Position numbers and translations under genes: made by a program | Notes under the pieces: model-generated | What the model saw: the letters and a program-made list of their open reading frames with translations, nothing else | What the model was told of the DNA's origin: nothing | Databases searched by the model: none | Assembly (NCBI GenBank): GCA_049317445.1 | Contig: JBMOIG010000004.1 | Coordinates: forward strand, 5,182-69,181 | Direction: 5' to 3' | DNA length: 64,000 nt | From: Myxococcota bacterium | GTDB taxonomy: Bacteria > Myxococcota_A > UBA9042 | Shown here: positions 1-9,824 of the stretch, in pieces | Layout of the letters: each line of letters opens with the position of its first letter | Numbering within the stretch: position 1 is the stretch's first letter

Positions 1-1
1 C

Positions 2-61
2 GCACCTCAGGAAGCGCCCGCCGCTCCCGCCGCTGAGGCTGCCGTCATTCCGCAGCCCTGA
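2..61 (+). CDS. 3' end of a gene entering from the left edge (Ala/Pro-rich tail APQEAPAAPAAEAAVIPQP*)
   Basis: Open frame 2 with GC-rich codon usage, ending at TGA 59-61. Only 19 codons are visible. Confidence 0.4.
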   Translation, partial: APQEAPAAPAAEAAVIPQP

Positions 62-220
62 CGTCGGTTGCGCGGGCGATTGCAGCTCGCGGGCAAGTGC
101 TTGCGCCGGCGATAGCGCCAACTCCACAACACACGAAACCAAGCGGGGAAGCGCTCGCACACCAGCGACCGGAGGCCGTCGACGCCGCATCGGGGTCAAC
201 GATCGCCGGGCGGCTGCCCA

Positions 221-327
221 GCCAGTGAACTGGCCGGCTATCTTTGCGGCGTCCACCGCCGTGGACGCCCCGGGCCCGAGCCGCCCGCTGAGGCGGTCGG
301 CGCCACCATGGCCCGGGGTTCAGCCCC
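221..327. repeat. Cluster of short palindromes (REP-like or bidirectional terminator) between convergent genes
   Basis: Hairpins GCCAG-tgaa-CTGGC (221-235), GGCGTCCAC-cgcc-GTGGACGCC (248-269, perfect 9-bp stem), CCGCC-cgctga-GGCGG and GGGG-ttcag-CCCC. Confidence 0.5.
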
Positions 328-366
328 TGAGATCCGGCAACCGGTCAAATCCACCGTGACGAGGGA

Positions 367-2982
367 CTAGTTGAACTCGACCTTGTCGACCAGCACGGCG
401 GTGTCGTAAATCGAGTCGCCGACGTCGGTGGTGAACAGGCGCAGCATCACGTTGCCGTTGCCAGCAAACGGCGAAACGTCGGCCGTCGAGTTGACCCACG
501 GCGTCATGAACACGCCGCCCTGGTCGAACTGGACGTCAGACGGGGTCAAGCCCTTGGCCTGACTGCCGCAATTGAAGCAGCCGTTGTCGCCCTTGCCGCA
601 CAGGTCGTCGACCTTGGTGTTGACGACGGTCTTGGCACCGACCTTGCCCTCGAGCTTGCAGAGGAACGCATCCTGATAGGTGGTGCCGCAGTACTCCTTG
701 AATTCCTCGCTGTAGAAGCGCCACCAGAACGAGTACGTCTTCTTGCCGGCGGGGACGCAGAACTTCTGGCTCAGCTCGCCGGTCTGCGTCGTGTAGCCAA
801 GACCCGTCGAGATGATGCCCATGAACTTGCCGGCCACCGGAACTGACGAACCCAGCTTGGCAATCACACGCCCGTCGCCCTTCTTGGTCCAGCCCTGCAG
901 GTTGCCGCTTTCCCAGCTGGGATTGATGACGTCTGAGCTTGCCGCATCCAGATTCTGCGCGCCGACCAGAGAGAAGTAGGTGCCGGCGTTCTTGTCGTCC
1001 TCGATTTTCACGTGCGCCACGCCGGACAACTGCTTCTGCGTGATGACGTTGGCGAAGAACGACGTCCCCCACTTGGTTGCAAACTCGTTGGCCACCGGGC
1101 CGTTGTAGCCCGCAACCGCCGCCGCACCAGCCGCGAAGAACTCGCCGGCCATCGAGCCGTTCCACAGCGACTTGCAGGAGCCCAAGTAGACCAAGCTGCG
1201 AGGGTAGGACTGCTCGGCGTGGCGCCGGACGAAGCCGGGCGTGATGCCGTAGGTGCCGTCGCTGCCGAGAATTGCGCGCCCACGCCGCAGGTCGGCCGTC
1301 AGGTGGTCGACGCACACGCCGGTGCCGCCCGTCTTGTTCAGGAAGCACTCGGACTCTGGGCCGCACGCCTGGGACTCGCTGCAGGACTTGACGGTGCTGC
1401 TGGTCGCGAAATACGCACAGCTGATGGCATGGCCGGTCCAGACAACCTCCTGCGAGCCCTGATGGTGGAAGTCGTAGGTGGCCTTGGCGTCGGCAGCCAT
1501 GTCGCGGAAATAGGCGTCGCCGTGGCTGGCGACCGCAACGACACCGTAGTCGCCCATCCGGCGGAAGGCGCTGAAGTTCGCGCTGCTATCCTTGTAGGTG
1601 TCGACGGTGTACGCGGGGCAGTTCTGGGCGCTCATCTGCGCGGCAGCCGCAGAGATTTCCGTCGCTCCGAGAGACGCTGCGAACGGGTCGAGCATCAGTG
1701 CGTTCTTCGACTGGACCTGCACGGTCGACAACCCAAGCTCTGCGGTCGGAACATGTACGCCACTGGGGTCGGCCGGAGCACCGCGCTGACCGGCGGCGCC
1801 CAGTTGCACCGCACCCAACAGGCCAGACTTGAATCGGACCCACACCGCCGTGCCAGACGCCGTACCCGAAGCCGCGCCCACCTCTGCGACTGCGGCGTTG
1901 CTCTTCAGTGACGTCAGCGCCTCGTTCTGACCGTCGACCGGATTGCCGGCGCCGACAGCCATGTCGCGCGCCGCCTTCAGAGCATCCACGGCCGCCTCGC
2001 ACTCGATCTTCAGGATGTCTTCGACCACCTCAAGCGCGAGGATGTCGGTGTACGCCGTGTAGACCTGGCCACCCAAGTCGACCTGAACCGACGCGCGCAG
2101 GCGCAGAAGGCCGGCCATCGCGGGATTCACCGTGACCTTGCGCGAGTAGAGGCCGTCGCCCGAGATCTCGTCGCCCGACGTGTTGACCTGCCCGTCGTCG
2201 ACCATGGGGCCGTCGGGAATCATCGACGTCTTGTTGCCGTCTTGGTCCACGCTGAAGAGCTTGATGCTGTTCTTGACGATGTTGCTGGCCTTGCCCAGCG
2301 CCAGCACCGCGTTGATGGCCGTTGCCGCGCCCTTCTTGATCACGCGCGGGTTGGCGCGCAGGCGATCCTGAAAGGCGAATGCGGGGTTGTACGTGATGGT
2401 GATGGTGTCGGTGACGGTCTCTTCGGCGTTCTTGGCGGTCACGGTGACGACGTTGTCGCCGGGTACGAGTGTGATCGGGCTGGTCTGGAAGAACGGGCTC
2501 CCCGAGGCCGAGCCGGAGCCCGTGGCGCTGGACCAAGAGATGTCGTCGGCGTTGCCGAACAGCACACCGTTGACCTCGGCAATCGAGCCCGACACCGTGG
2601 CGTGGCCGCGTCCACTCGGGCCGACGATGCGCAGCCGAAGCTCGGCCGACGGGTAGCCGGTGAACTTGGAGCCGGGGCCGACCGCGTCGGGGTTGGTGGT
2701 GCCGTCAGGATTCACGGTGCCGTCGGGATTGGTGGTGCCGTCCGGGTTGGTGGTGCCGTCGGGCGAGGTCGTGTCGCCGACCGTGTCGGTGCCGCCTTGC
2801 GTATCGGTGGGCGTGATCGTGCCGTCGTTGCCGGTCGTGTCAGCACCCGTGGCACAGCCCGGTGTTCCCGGAATGCAGTAGGTGGTGATCGGAGTCGTCG
2901 TGTCCGAGCAGGCCGCGCCGGCGCCCGCGAGGACGACGAGAAGGGCGCGGGCGATGACGGCAGGCGTCGAACGTGCGAACAT
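367..2982 (-). CDS. Large lipoprotein (871 aa): acidic linker, Ig-like domain, choice-of-anchor-X-like motif, caspase/CHAT-like domain and C-terminal jelly-roll domain
   Basis: Start reassigned to ATG 2982 (MFARSTPAV...LAGAGAAC, lipoprotein-like signal). Motifs: DDGQVNTSGDEISGDGLYS, ASHG...YLGSC, and C-terminal DVGDSIYDTAVLVD. Confidence 0.8.
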   Translation of the reverse strand: MFARSTPAVIARALLVVLAGAGAACSDTTTPITTYCIPGTPGCATGADTTGNDGTITPTDTQGGTDTVGDTTSPDGTTNPDGTTNPDGTVNPDGTTNPDAVGPGSKFTGYPSAELRLRIVGPSGRGHATVSGSIAEVNGVLFGNADDISWSSATGSGSASGSPFFQTSPITLVPGDNVVTVTAKNAEETVTDTITITYNPAFAFQDRLRANPRVIKKGAATAINAVLALGKASNIVKNSIKLFSVDQDGNKTSMIPDGPMVDDGQVNTSGDEISGDGLYSRKVTVNPAMAGLLRLRASVQVDLGGQVYTAYTDILALEVVEDILKIECEAAVDALKAARDMAVGAGNPVDGQNEALTSLKSNAAVAEVGAASGTASGTAVWVRFKSGLLGAVQLGAAGQRGAPADPSGVHVPTAELGLSTVQVQSKNALMLDPFAASLGATEISAAAAQMSAQNCPAYTVDTYKDSSANFSAFRRMGDYGVVAVASHGDAYFRDMAADAKATYDFHHQGSQEVVWTGHAISCAYFATSSTVKSCSESQACGPESECFLNKTGGTGVCVDHLTADLRRGRAILGSDGTYGITPGFVRRHAEQSYPRSLVYLGSCKSLWNGSMAGEFFAAGAAAVAGYNGPVANEFATKWGTSFFANVITQKQLSGVAHVKIEDDKNAGTYFSLVGAQNLDAASSDVINPSWESGNLQGWTKKGDGRVIAKLGSSVPVAGKFMGIISTGLGYTTQTGELSQKFCVPAGKKTYSFWWRFYSEEFKEYCGTTYQDAFLCKLEGKVGAKTVVNTKVDDLCGKGDNGCFNCGSQAKGLTPSDVQFDQGGVFMTPWVNSTADVSPFAGNGNVMLRLFTTDVGDSIYDTAVLVDKVEFN
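2686..2763 (-). repeat. 18-bp in-frame tandem repeat (PDGTTN x4)
   Basis: Units gtcggggttggtggtgcc / gtcaggattcacggtgcc / gtcgggattggtggtgcc / gtccgggttggtggtgcc. Confidence 0.85.
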
Positions 2983-3171
2983 GGGGGGCCTCGTGGCAAC
3001 TCGGTTGGACACCCGGTGGGGATGCCTGGGGAAACGGAGGAGCGGAGCCGGACTCGCTTGCCGTCCTGAAGGGGGGGCGCCGCTCTGATCCACCGCTGGA
3101 ACAAGGCGCGGCAACGGCCGATGAAGTCTACCGACCGGGGGCAGTAGCGTCAAACCCGCAAGGACGCGGAA

Positions 3172-4398
3172 GTGACGAAGGAAATGGCTGCCCCGGAGGG
3201 CCAAGCGAAGGGCATGGACGACCGCCACCACCACGACCGTCACGCTTGCGCCGCCCAGCTGTGCTTTGCCGCCGCCGCCCCCGGATTCGAGCCGTGGGTC
3301 GCTCAGGAGCTTCGGGAGCTGGGGCTCGCGTCGCGAGAAGTCGAAGGTGGGACGGAATTCCAAGCGAAGATCGAGCAGTTGGCCGCGATCGTGCGCCATC
3401 TGCGGGTGGCGTCGCGCGTGCTGGTCCGCATGGCCGAGGGGCGCGTGGAAGACCCCACCAGCGTCCGAGGGCTCGTCGAGCGCGTGGCCTGGACCGTTCT
3501 GCCCGCCCATCCGACCCGAATCGCACTGAGACTCACCGCGCAGGGGGCACCGCCGGACAGAATTCGTTGGGTGCAAGCGGAGTTGCTACGTGCCTTGGGC
3601 GAGCGGTTCGGTGCTGACCGGGTGGTGGCGTCCGCCGTGACTGAGGCACCGGACGACGTGGCGCTAGTGGCGAGATTGGACGGACGCATTTGTTCGTTGT
3701 CGGTCGATGCTGGCGGCAAGCCCTTGCACTTGCGAGGCTATCGGTTGGAAGCGGGCCCGGCGCCCATGCGAGAGACGGTGGCGGCGGCGATGCTGCGGGC
3801 GATCGGCTATGGCGGTCACGGCACCGTATGGGACCCGATGTGCGGCAGCGGCACAACCTTGATCGAGGCGGCGCTGTGGGGGCGAGAACTGCCGCGAGAG
3901 CTGGGCGACTTCGGTGTAGACCATTGGAGAATCAAAGACTTGTCTGTTCTGTCGGTGCGGCCGGCCGCGGATCCGGTGGACGGTCCAGTGCGGCTGGTCG
4001 GCGGCGACTTGGACCCCGAGGTGCTGCAGATCGCCCGCCGCAACGCTGCGCGCGCTGGCGTCGCGGAGCGCATCACTTGGCTGGACGCTGAGTTGGCGGC
4101 GCAGCGGTTCGAGTCCGTCGAGCCCGGCTTCGTCGTGACCAATCCCCCGTATGGCCAACGGCTAGGCGGGCGCAACGCCGCACGGCGCCTGTATGAGCGA
4201 TTGGGGGCCGTGCTGGCGCGACGCTGTGGCGGGTGGCGAGCGGCGGTGCTGGTGCCGGAGCAGGAGTTGGCGCGAGCCCTGCCGTTTCGAGACCTGCAGC
4301 TTTGCTCCGTCGACAACGGCGGGCTGAAGGTCTGGCTGGCGACCGGCGAGCTTGCGGCCGGCATCAGGCGCGGCCACGCAAGAACGCGACGTCCTTGA
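3172..4398 (+). CDS. THUMP-domain class I SAM-dependent RNA methyltransferase (RlmL/YpsC-like); start uncertain
   Basis: Motifs LHLRGYR, APMRETVAAAML, WDPMCGSGT and VVTNPPYGQRL. Confidence 0.88.
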   Translation: MTKEMAAPEGQAKGMDDRHHHDRHACAAQLCFAAAAPGFEPWVAQELRELGLASREVEGGTEFQAKIEQLAAIVRHLRVASRVLVRMAEGRVEDPTSVRGLVERVAWTVLPAHPTRIALRLTAQGAPPDRIRWVQAELLRALGERFGADRVVASAVTEAPDDVALVARLDGRICSLSVDAGGKPLHLRGYRLEAGPAPMRETVAAAMLRAIGYGGHGTVWDPMCGSGTTLIEAALWGRELPRELGDFGVDHWRIKDLSVLSVRPAADPVDGPVRLVGGDLDPEVLQIARRNAARAGVAERITWLDAELAAQRFESVEPGFVVTNPPYGQRLGGRNAARRLYERLGAVLARRCGGWRAAVLVPEQELARALPFRDLQLCSVDNGGLKVWLATGELAAGIRRGHARTRRP

Positions 4399-4438
4399 GA
4401 GACCTACAGCGTATGGAGCGATGTCGCGGAGAGGCGGA

Positions 4439-5521
4439 TCAGGTATCCCGCTCGCGCACCAGCGTCCGGACATCGGTGGGCGTAATGAGCCGGATGTGCA
4501 CGTGGTCGCGGTGGCCGGGCGACTGGCGGATCAGCGTGCCGCCTCTTGCCGGGCTGGGCGGGTACTGCAACAGGATGTCCAGACGCTCCAGCGGCTCGCC
4601 CTGCTTCTTCGCGTAGGCCTGCAGGCGGCGCTGGATGTCTGGGCTCATGTAGACGGCGGCCATCAGGCCCGTACGCTCCAGCGAGTCAATCAGGAACCAC
4701 AGGCGCTGGTAGTCGATCTCGCCCAGACCCGGACGGCCCCACTGCTTGCGGTTGGACTCGAGCGTTGGGTAGCCGATGTCGATGTCCTGACCCGAGCGGT
4801 GCGACTTGTGGTGGCCGAGTCGGCCGCCTGAGTTGCGGGAGAGCGAGCCGGCGAGCAGCGGATGGCGGGTCGGCCAGCGCTTCTGCATCTCCCGGAAAGT
4901 CCTGCGGAACATCTCGACGGTCTCAGGCCGGCCCCAGTTGCTGTCGGGCTTGCCGGAAACGACGCCAGGACCCGTCAGCAGCTGCACGGCGTTAGGAAGG
5001 CCGGACGGAGCGCCGAATGCCAGCGGCACCTTGACCTTCGTGCCGGGGCGCACCGGGGCGTCCGACGTCGGGTCGAAAGGCAGGGCATTCACTGCGGCAA
5101 TCGCGGCGGGTGAGGTGCAGTAGCGGTAGGCGATGTTCCGCAACGTGTCGCCGGTCTTGGCGTTGTAGGTGGCCAGACTGGTGCGGGTGCGGACGTGGCC
5201 CCGGACGGGCTCGGTCGTCGCCGGCGCCGTGGTGGCCAACGGGGTGTCGAGGTCATCCTCGTCGGCAAACTCGAGCTCGCGCAGGTTGGTGCCGGCGGGA
5301 AGCTGCAGCTCAGACGCGGCCTTGGCGTCGATGCCGTCGGAGTCCTGGATGATCAGCTCGGCGTCCTCGGGCTCAGCCGCAGCGCGTCGCGGTTGGGCGC
5401 CGGCGCAGACCGACCAGAGGAGCAGTGTCCCCATCGCCATCGGTCCCAAGATGCGGCGGTACTGCTCGAGCGGACGCCCGAACAAGTGCGGCATCTGGGA
5501 GGTGGTGGTGGGTGAAATCAC
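4439..5521 (-). CDS. Secreted LysM plus penicillin-insensitive murein endopeptidase (MepA-like); start uncertain
   Basis: LysM-like segment YNAKTGDTLRNIAYRY...AVN. MepA-type Zn motifs HKSHRSGQDIDI and HRDHVHIR. Confidence 0.8.
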   Translation of the reverse strand: MISPTTTSQMPHLFGRPLEQYRRILGPMAMGTLLLWSVCAGAQPRRAAAEPEDAELIIQDSDGIDAKAASELQLPAGTNLRELEFADEDDLDTPLATTAPATTEPVRGHVRTRTSLATYNAKTGDTLRNIAYRYCTSPAAIAAVNALPFDPTSDAPVRPGTKVKVPLAFGAPSGLPNAVQLLTGPGVVSGKPDSNWGRPETVEMFRRTFREMQKRWPTRHPLLAGSLSRNSGGRLGHHKSHRSGQDIDIGYPTLESNRKQWGRPGLGEIDYQRLWFLIDSLERTGLMAAVYMSPDIQRRLQAYAKKQGEPLERLDILLQYPPSPARGGTLIRQSPGHRDHVHIRLITPTDVRTLVRERDT

Positions 5522-5834
5522 GCAAGTCCTTGGAATCGTTTGCGTTTGAGTGAAACCGCCCCTGTGGGCCGGATCGCCACCTTACCCCAGCCCGCGGGGG
5601 ACGATCAATGCTTCGTTGATGGGGGATCGCGTTCCGTCGCTTGCGATCGGACGTTGTTCGGTAATTTCAGCTGGTTGTCGAAATGCGTCCACAGGACGGC
5701 CAGCGCGCGCCGTGGCGGCTCCGAAGGCAGGAGAATGGCTCGCGGTGTCGCGTTTGGCGGTAGAAATGTCGGCAGCGGTCGGTCGGGCTTCAGCGGGCGG
5801 GCGATCCGGACACGACGCGCCTCGGAAAACGGCG

Positions 5835-6578
5835 TCATCCAAGCGGGTTGGGCGGGTCGATGGCAAAACCATCGTGAAAGGCGGCACGGGCGATCGCCAC
5901 TGCGATCATCGCCGCGGTCTCCGCGCGCAGAACGTGGGGGCCGAGCGTGACGGCCACTGCGCCAGCGGTCCGGGCGCGGGCCTGCTCTGCTGCGGCAAGC
6001 CCGCCTTCCGGCCCCACCAGCAAGGCGAGCCGCGCGGGATGCCGGTCCTGCACCAGCTGCAGCAGTGACGTCGGCGGGTCGGTTTCGTCGCACGCGCAAA
6101 GGGTGACGTCGCCAAGGGAGTCGAGCCACGTCTCCAGCTTTGCGGGCGGCAGGATCTGCGGCAGCCGATCGCGACCGCACTGCTCGAACGCCTCGATGGC
6201 CACCGCTTGCCAGCGCTGCACCTTGTCGCCGGCACGGGCGGGGTCCACTCGCACGACGCAGTGGTCCAGCTGCAGTGGAACCAGACGGTCTACGCCGGCC
6301 TCCACGCACTTTTCGACCAGCCACTCCCAACGGTCACCCTTGACCAGACCGATCCCCAGTTCGACCCAGGGACGCTCTCGGCACGAACGCAGCGGGCCAT
6401 CGGGCTCGAAGTGGTCGAAGTGCCAGCGCACCGGCAATCGCCAGCCAGAGCCGTCGGCGACCACCAGCCGGGCACCTTGGGGCAGCCGCAGCACACGCTC
6501 CAGGCGATGCCGCACGACCGACGCTACCGCGAACGGCTGCGCCGGGTCTGCGGGTAGGGGATGGTAGAGCTGCCTCAC
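5835..6578 (-). CDS. rsmE: 16S rRNA m3U1498 methyltransferase
   Basis: Motifs KGDRWEWLVEKCVEAGV, EAFEQCGR, VGPEGG and LGPHVLRAETA. GTG start overlaps the prmA stop (GTGA). Confidence 0.92.
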   Translation of the reverse strand: MRQLYHPLPADPAQPFAVASVVRHRLERVLRLPQGARLVVADGSGWRLPVRWHFDHFEPDGPLRSCRERPWVELGIGLVKGDRWEWLVEKCVEAGVDRLVPLQLDHCVVRVDPARAGDKVQRWQAVAIEAFEQCGRDRLPQILPPAKLETWLDSLGDVTLCACDETDPPTSLLQLVQDRHPARLALLVGPEGGLAAAEQARARTAGAVAVTLGPHVLRAETAAMIAVAIARAAFHDGFAIDPPNPLG

Positions 6579-7537
6579 GCGGGCGACCTCAGCCGCAACG
6601 AGCACCACTCGCCGTCGCGTTGAGTCTCCAGCCAAGAAAGTCCAGCAGTGACATAGGCGTCGCGCACGTCATCGACCTCGCGATACAGGATGCCCGACAG
6701 CACCAGCACGCCACTTGGCGCCAAAGCGGCGACCAGATGTGGCAGCAGCTCAAGCAGCACGCTGGAGATGATGTTGGCGATCACGAGCTCGAACTGCCCC
6801 AATCCCGACGGATCCTCGCAGTGCAGCAGCCGCACGCGGTCGGCCACGCCGTTCAGGCGCAGGTTCACCGCTGCGTTTTCCAGGGCCTCCGCATCGTTCT
6901 CGGTACCGACCGCAGAGCCCGCCCCCAGCAGAACTGCCTCGATGGCCAGAATGCCGCTGCCGGTGCCCACGTCCAACACGCGCTGCTGATGCAGGTTTTC
7001 GCCGGCACCCAGCGCAGCGTCGGCCCAAGCCTCCACTGTGCACAGTGCGAGCCGGGTCGTCTCGTGGGTGCCGGTGCCGAACGCCATGCCGGGGTCAATC
7101 GCAATCGACACGCGCTCTACCGATGCTGCGGCAAGGGCCCGGGCGTCGGCCTGCTGCTCCCATTCCGGCACGATGCGAAGGCGTCGGCCCATGTCAAAGG
7201 CATGGAAATGGGCCTTCCACACGCGGTTCCAGTCTTGGCGCTCGATGTCCTGCAGCTGTGGTGCAAACGGGGCGCCGTGGCGGGCCAGGGCCGTTCGCAG
7301 CTCCTCCAGCGCGACCGGCAGGTCTGCGGGGGGCACATACACCGCGACGCGGCAGTCGCCGGCGGGAAGGTCCCGAGCGCCAAGCGTTCCCGCGTCTTCG
7401 GTCAGAATGCCGCCCGGCGAAAGCACCCACAGGACCGGCTCCAGCAGGGGCAGGGTCGTTGCGGGCAGGCTGAAGCGGACCTCCACGAATTCGGGCAGCG
7501 ACGCGACCTCGTCGGCGGTTTCTTGGGGGGAAGTCAT
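6575..7537 (-). CDS. prmA: Ribosomal protein L11 methyltransferase
   Basis: Motifs DWNRVWK, IDPGMAFGTGTHETT, LDVGTGSGIL and VIANI. Confidence 0.93.
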   Translation of the reverse strand: MTSPQETADEVASLPEFVEVRFSLPATTLPLLEPVLWVLSPGGILTEDAGTLGARDLPAGDCRVAVYVPPADLPVALEELRTALARHGAPFAPQLQDIERQDWNRVWKAHFHAFDMGRRLRIVPEWEQQADARALAAASVERVSIAIDPGMAFGTGTHETTRLALCTVEAWADAALGAGENLHQQRVLDVGTGSGILAIEAVLLGAGSAVGTENDAEALENAAVNLRLNGVADRVRLLHCEDPSGLGQFELVIANIISSVLLELLPHLVAALAPSGVLVLSGILYREVDDVRDAYVTAGLSWLETQRDGEWCSLRLRSPA

Positions 7538-7584
7538 AGAGTTCTCGCGCCTGGCAGCCAGGCAGGGGGGACGCGGAAAGGCGG

Positions 7585-8106
7585 CTACTCGACGACGATC
7601 GGCTCAAGCTGAACCAGAAGGGCTCCGGACTCGACGGCCACGCCCTCTTGCACCACCACGGCAGTGACACGCCCGCCACCCACCGACCGCACGTCGTTTT
7701 CCATCTTCATCGCCTCGAGCACGGCGACCACGGCGCCAGGGGCCACGATGTCGCCAACGGCAACCGACAACCGCACCACCCGCCCGGGCATCGAGGCTGT
7801 GACTCGGCCGCTGCTATCGCCATGCCGTCCACCCGTGCCGTGCAGCCAGCGCTCGCGGGCGTCGGTCAGCTTGAAGGCGTGCTGGGTCCAACCCCGCACC
7901 ACGACGGTCTCTTCGCCCGCACGGAAGGTCCGGTACAGCCGCCGCTGGTCGTCCTGGCTGACGGCGATGCGGCCATCCGGCAGCGTGCGCAACGTCACTT
8001 CCAGCCGTCGTTCGCCGACCTGCAGGACGGCGCGGTCGCCGTGATCCTCCAGGACGGTGACCGACTTGTGGTGCGTGCCGTGTTCGAGCAGGTACTCCGT
8101 AGGCAT
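7585..8106 (-). CDS. Biotin carboxyl carrier subunit of an acyl-CoA carboxylase
   Basis: MPGRVV...LEAMKMEN biotinylation motif. Confidence 0.92.
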   Translation of the reverse strand: MPTEYLLEHGTHHKSVTVLEDHGDRAVLQVGERRLEVTLRTLPDGRIAVSQDDQRRLYRTFRAGEETVVVRGWTQHAFKLTDARERWLHGTGGRHGDSSGRVTASMPGRVVRLSVAVGDIVAPGAVVAVLEAMKMENDVRSVGGGRVTAVVVQEGVAVESGALLVQLEPIVVE

Positions 8107-8133
8107 GACAATTCCTTTCGGCGACGGCGACTT

Positions 8134-9621
8134 CTAGCGGGTGCGCAGGCCAGCTTGGCGCGCGGCGCGGGCCCAGGCGGACTCGTCGGCGGCGGGTTGG
8201 GTCAGCACGGTCTGGCGACGCTGCCGGTCGTGAAGCAGGACGGCAAGCGCCTCGGCGAACTCGTCCTCCTCCGGTTCGCTGTGCAGCGGCGGCAACGTGC
8301 CCACGATGCCCGTGTCGTAGCGCCCGGCGATAAAGCGCTCGCTGCCGACGACCTGCAGCAAGTGCTCAATGTTGTGCTGGATGCCGCCGATCTCGAACGT
8401 GTTCAATGCCGCGCGGATCCGACCGATGCAGGCCGGGCGGTCTGAGGCCCAAGCGCTCAACTTCGCGATCATTGCGTCGTAGTGGTTTGAGACCACGTCG
8501 CCCTCGACCACGCCGTCGTCTACCCGCAACCCGGGACCGATGGGCGGACGATACACGCGCAAGGGTCCGGGAGAAGGCAGGAAACCGCGAGACGGATCTT
8601 CGGCGTACACCCGGCACTCGATGGCGTGGCCGCGCTGCGACAGCGTCGCCTGAGAGACCGACATCGGCTGGCCCATCGCGATGCGCAGCTGCTCGACCAC
8701 CAGATCCACGCCCGTGACGAGCTCGGTGACCGGGTGCTCGACCTGCAGGCGGGCGTTCATCTCCATGAAGTAGAAGCGCTCATCGGGATCGACCAGAAAT
8801 TCGATCGTCCCCGCGCCCACATACTGCACGGCACGCGCCGCCTGAACGGCGACCTCTCCCATGGCCAGCCGGGTCTGGTCCGATAGGCCGGGGGCGGGAG
8901 ATTCCTCAATGATCTTCTGGTTTCTGCGCTGCACCGAGCACTCGCGATCAAACAGGTGCACGGTGTTGCCGTGGCCGTCGGCCAGCACCTGGATCTCGAT
9001 GTGGCGCGGTCGGATGATGGCCTTTTCGATGTACACGGTCGGGTCGCTGAACCACGCCGCTGCCTCGCGCCGGGCGCCGTCGAAGGCCGCCTCCAGCTCG
9101 TGCTCGGCTTGCACCAGTCGGATGCCGCGCCCTCCGCCACCCGCCGCCGCCTTCAGCATGACGGGGTAGCCGATCTCCAGACAGACGCGTCGGGCTTCGG
9201 CGAAATCCCGCAGCGGGCCCTCAGAGCCGGGCACGACCGGGACGCCAGCAGCCTTCATGGTGTCGCGGGCCAGCGTTTTGATGCCCATCTGGCGCATCGC
9301 GTAGCTGCCAGGCCCCACGAAGGTGACTCCAGCGGCGTCGCACTCCTCGCGGAAAGATGCGTTTTCGCTAAGGAAACCGTAACCCGGGTGGATCAGCGTC
9401 GCCCCGGTGTCCCTGGCCGCCTGCAGGATGCGCGGGCCGGACAGGTAGGACTCGGCAGATGCGGCGGGACCCACACGCACGGCTTCGTCGGCGAGCCACA
9501 CGTGACGGGACTGAGCGTCCGCGTCCGAGTAGACGGCGACGGACGGCAGCCCCAGCTCCTTGCAGGCCCGGATGACGCGACAGGCGATTTCGCCACGGTT
9601 TGCGATCAGCACCTTGTGCAA
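8134..9621 (-). CDS. accC: Biotin carboxylase subunit (acetyl/propionyl/methylcrotonyl-CoA carboxylase)
   Basis: Motifs KVLIANRGEIA, HPGYGFLSEN, GGGGRG, RECSVQRRNQK and EMNARLQVEHPVTE. TTG start with AAGGAG RBS upstream. Confidence 0.92.
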   Translation of the reverse strand: MHKVLIANRGEIACRVIRACKELGLPSVAVYSDADAQSRHVWLADEAVRVGPAASAESYLSGPRILQAARDTGATLIHPGYGFLSENASFREECDAAGVTFVGPGSYAMRQMGIKTLARDTMKAAGVPVVPGSEGPLRDFAEARRVCLEIGYPVMLKAAAGGGGRGIRLVQAEHELEAAFDGARREAAAWFSDPTVYIEKAIIRPRHIEIQVLADGHGNTVHLFDRECSVQRRNQKIIEESPAPGLSDQTRLAMGEVAVQAARAVQYVGAGTIEFLVDPDERFYFMEMNARLQVEHPVTELVTGVDLVVEQLRIAMGQPMSVSQATLSQRGHAIECRVYAEDPSRGFLPSPGPLRVYRPPIGPGLRVDDGVVEGDVVSNHYDAMIAKLSAWASDRPACIGRIRAALNTFEIGGIQHNIEHLLQVVGSERFIAGRYDTGIVGTLPPLHSEPEEDEFAEALAVLLHDRQRRQTVLTQPAADESAWARAARQAGLRTR

Positions 9622-9824
9622 CGGGGGGCTCCTTGGCGCAGTGTTGGGGGGGAAAGCGGGCGGTATCCTGCCGATGCGCAAGGTTCGCTGTCAACGAGTG
9701 CGCGTCATCGGGACCCAGAACCGCTCACCAGTGCTTGAATTGCCAAGGGAGTCGACCTACCTTGCTGGCCCTCCGAACGCCCGGGTCGCCCGAACACGCC
9801 CCGCCCAACAAGGCCTGCGACGAC

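Noticed and set aside
5835-9621. Biotin carboxylase genes in an operon with prmA-rsmE
   Set aside because: acc-prmA and prmA-rsmE linkages are common, so this is not novel.
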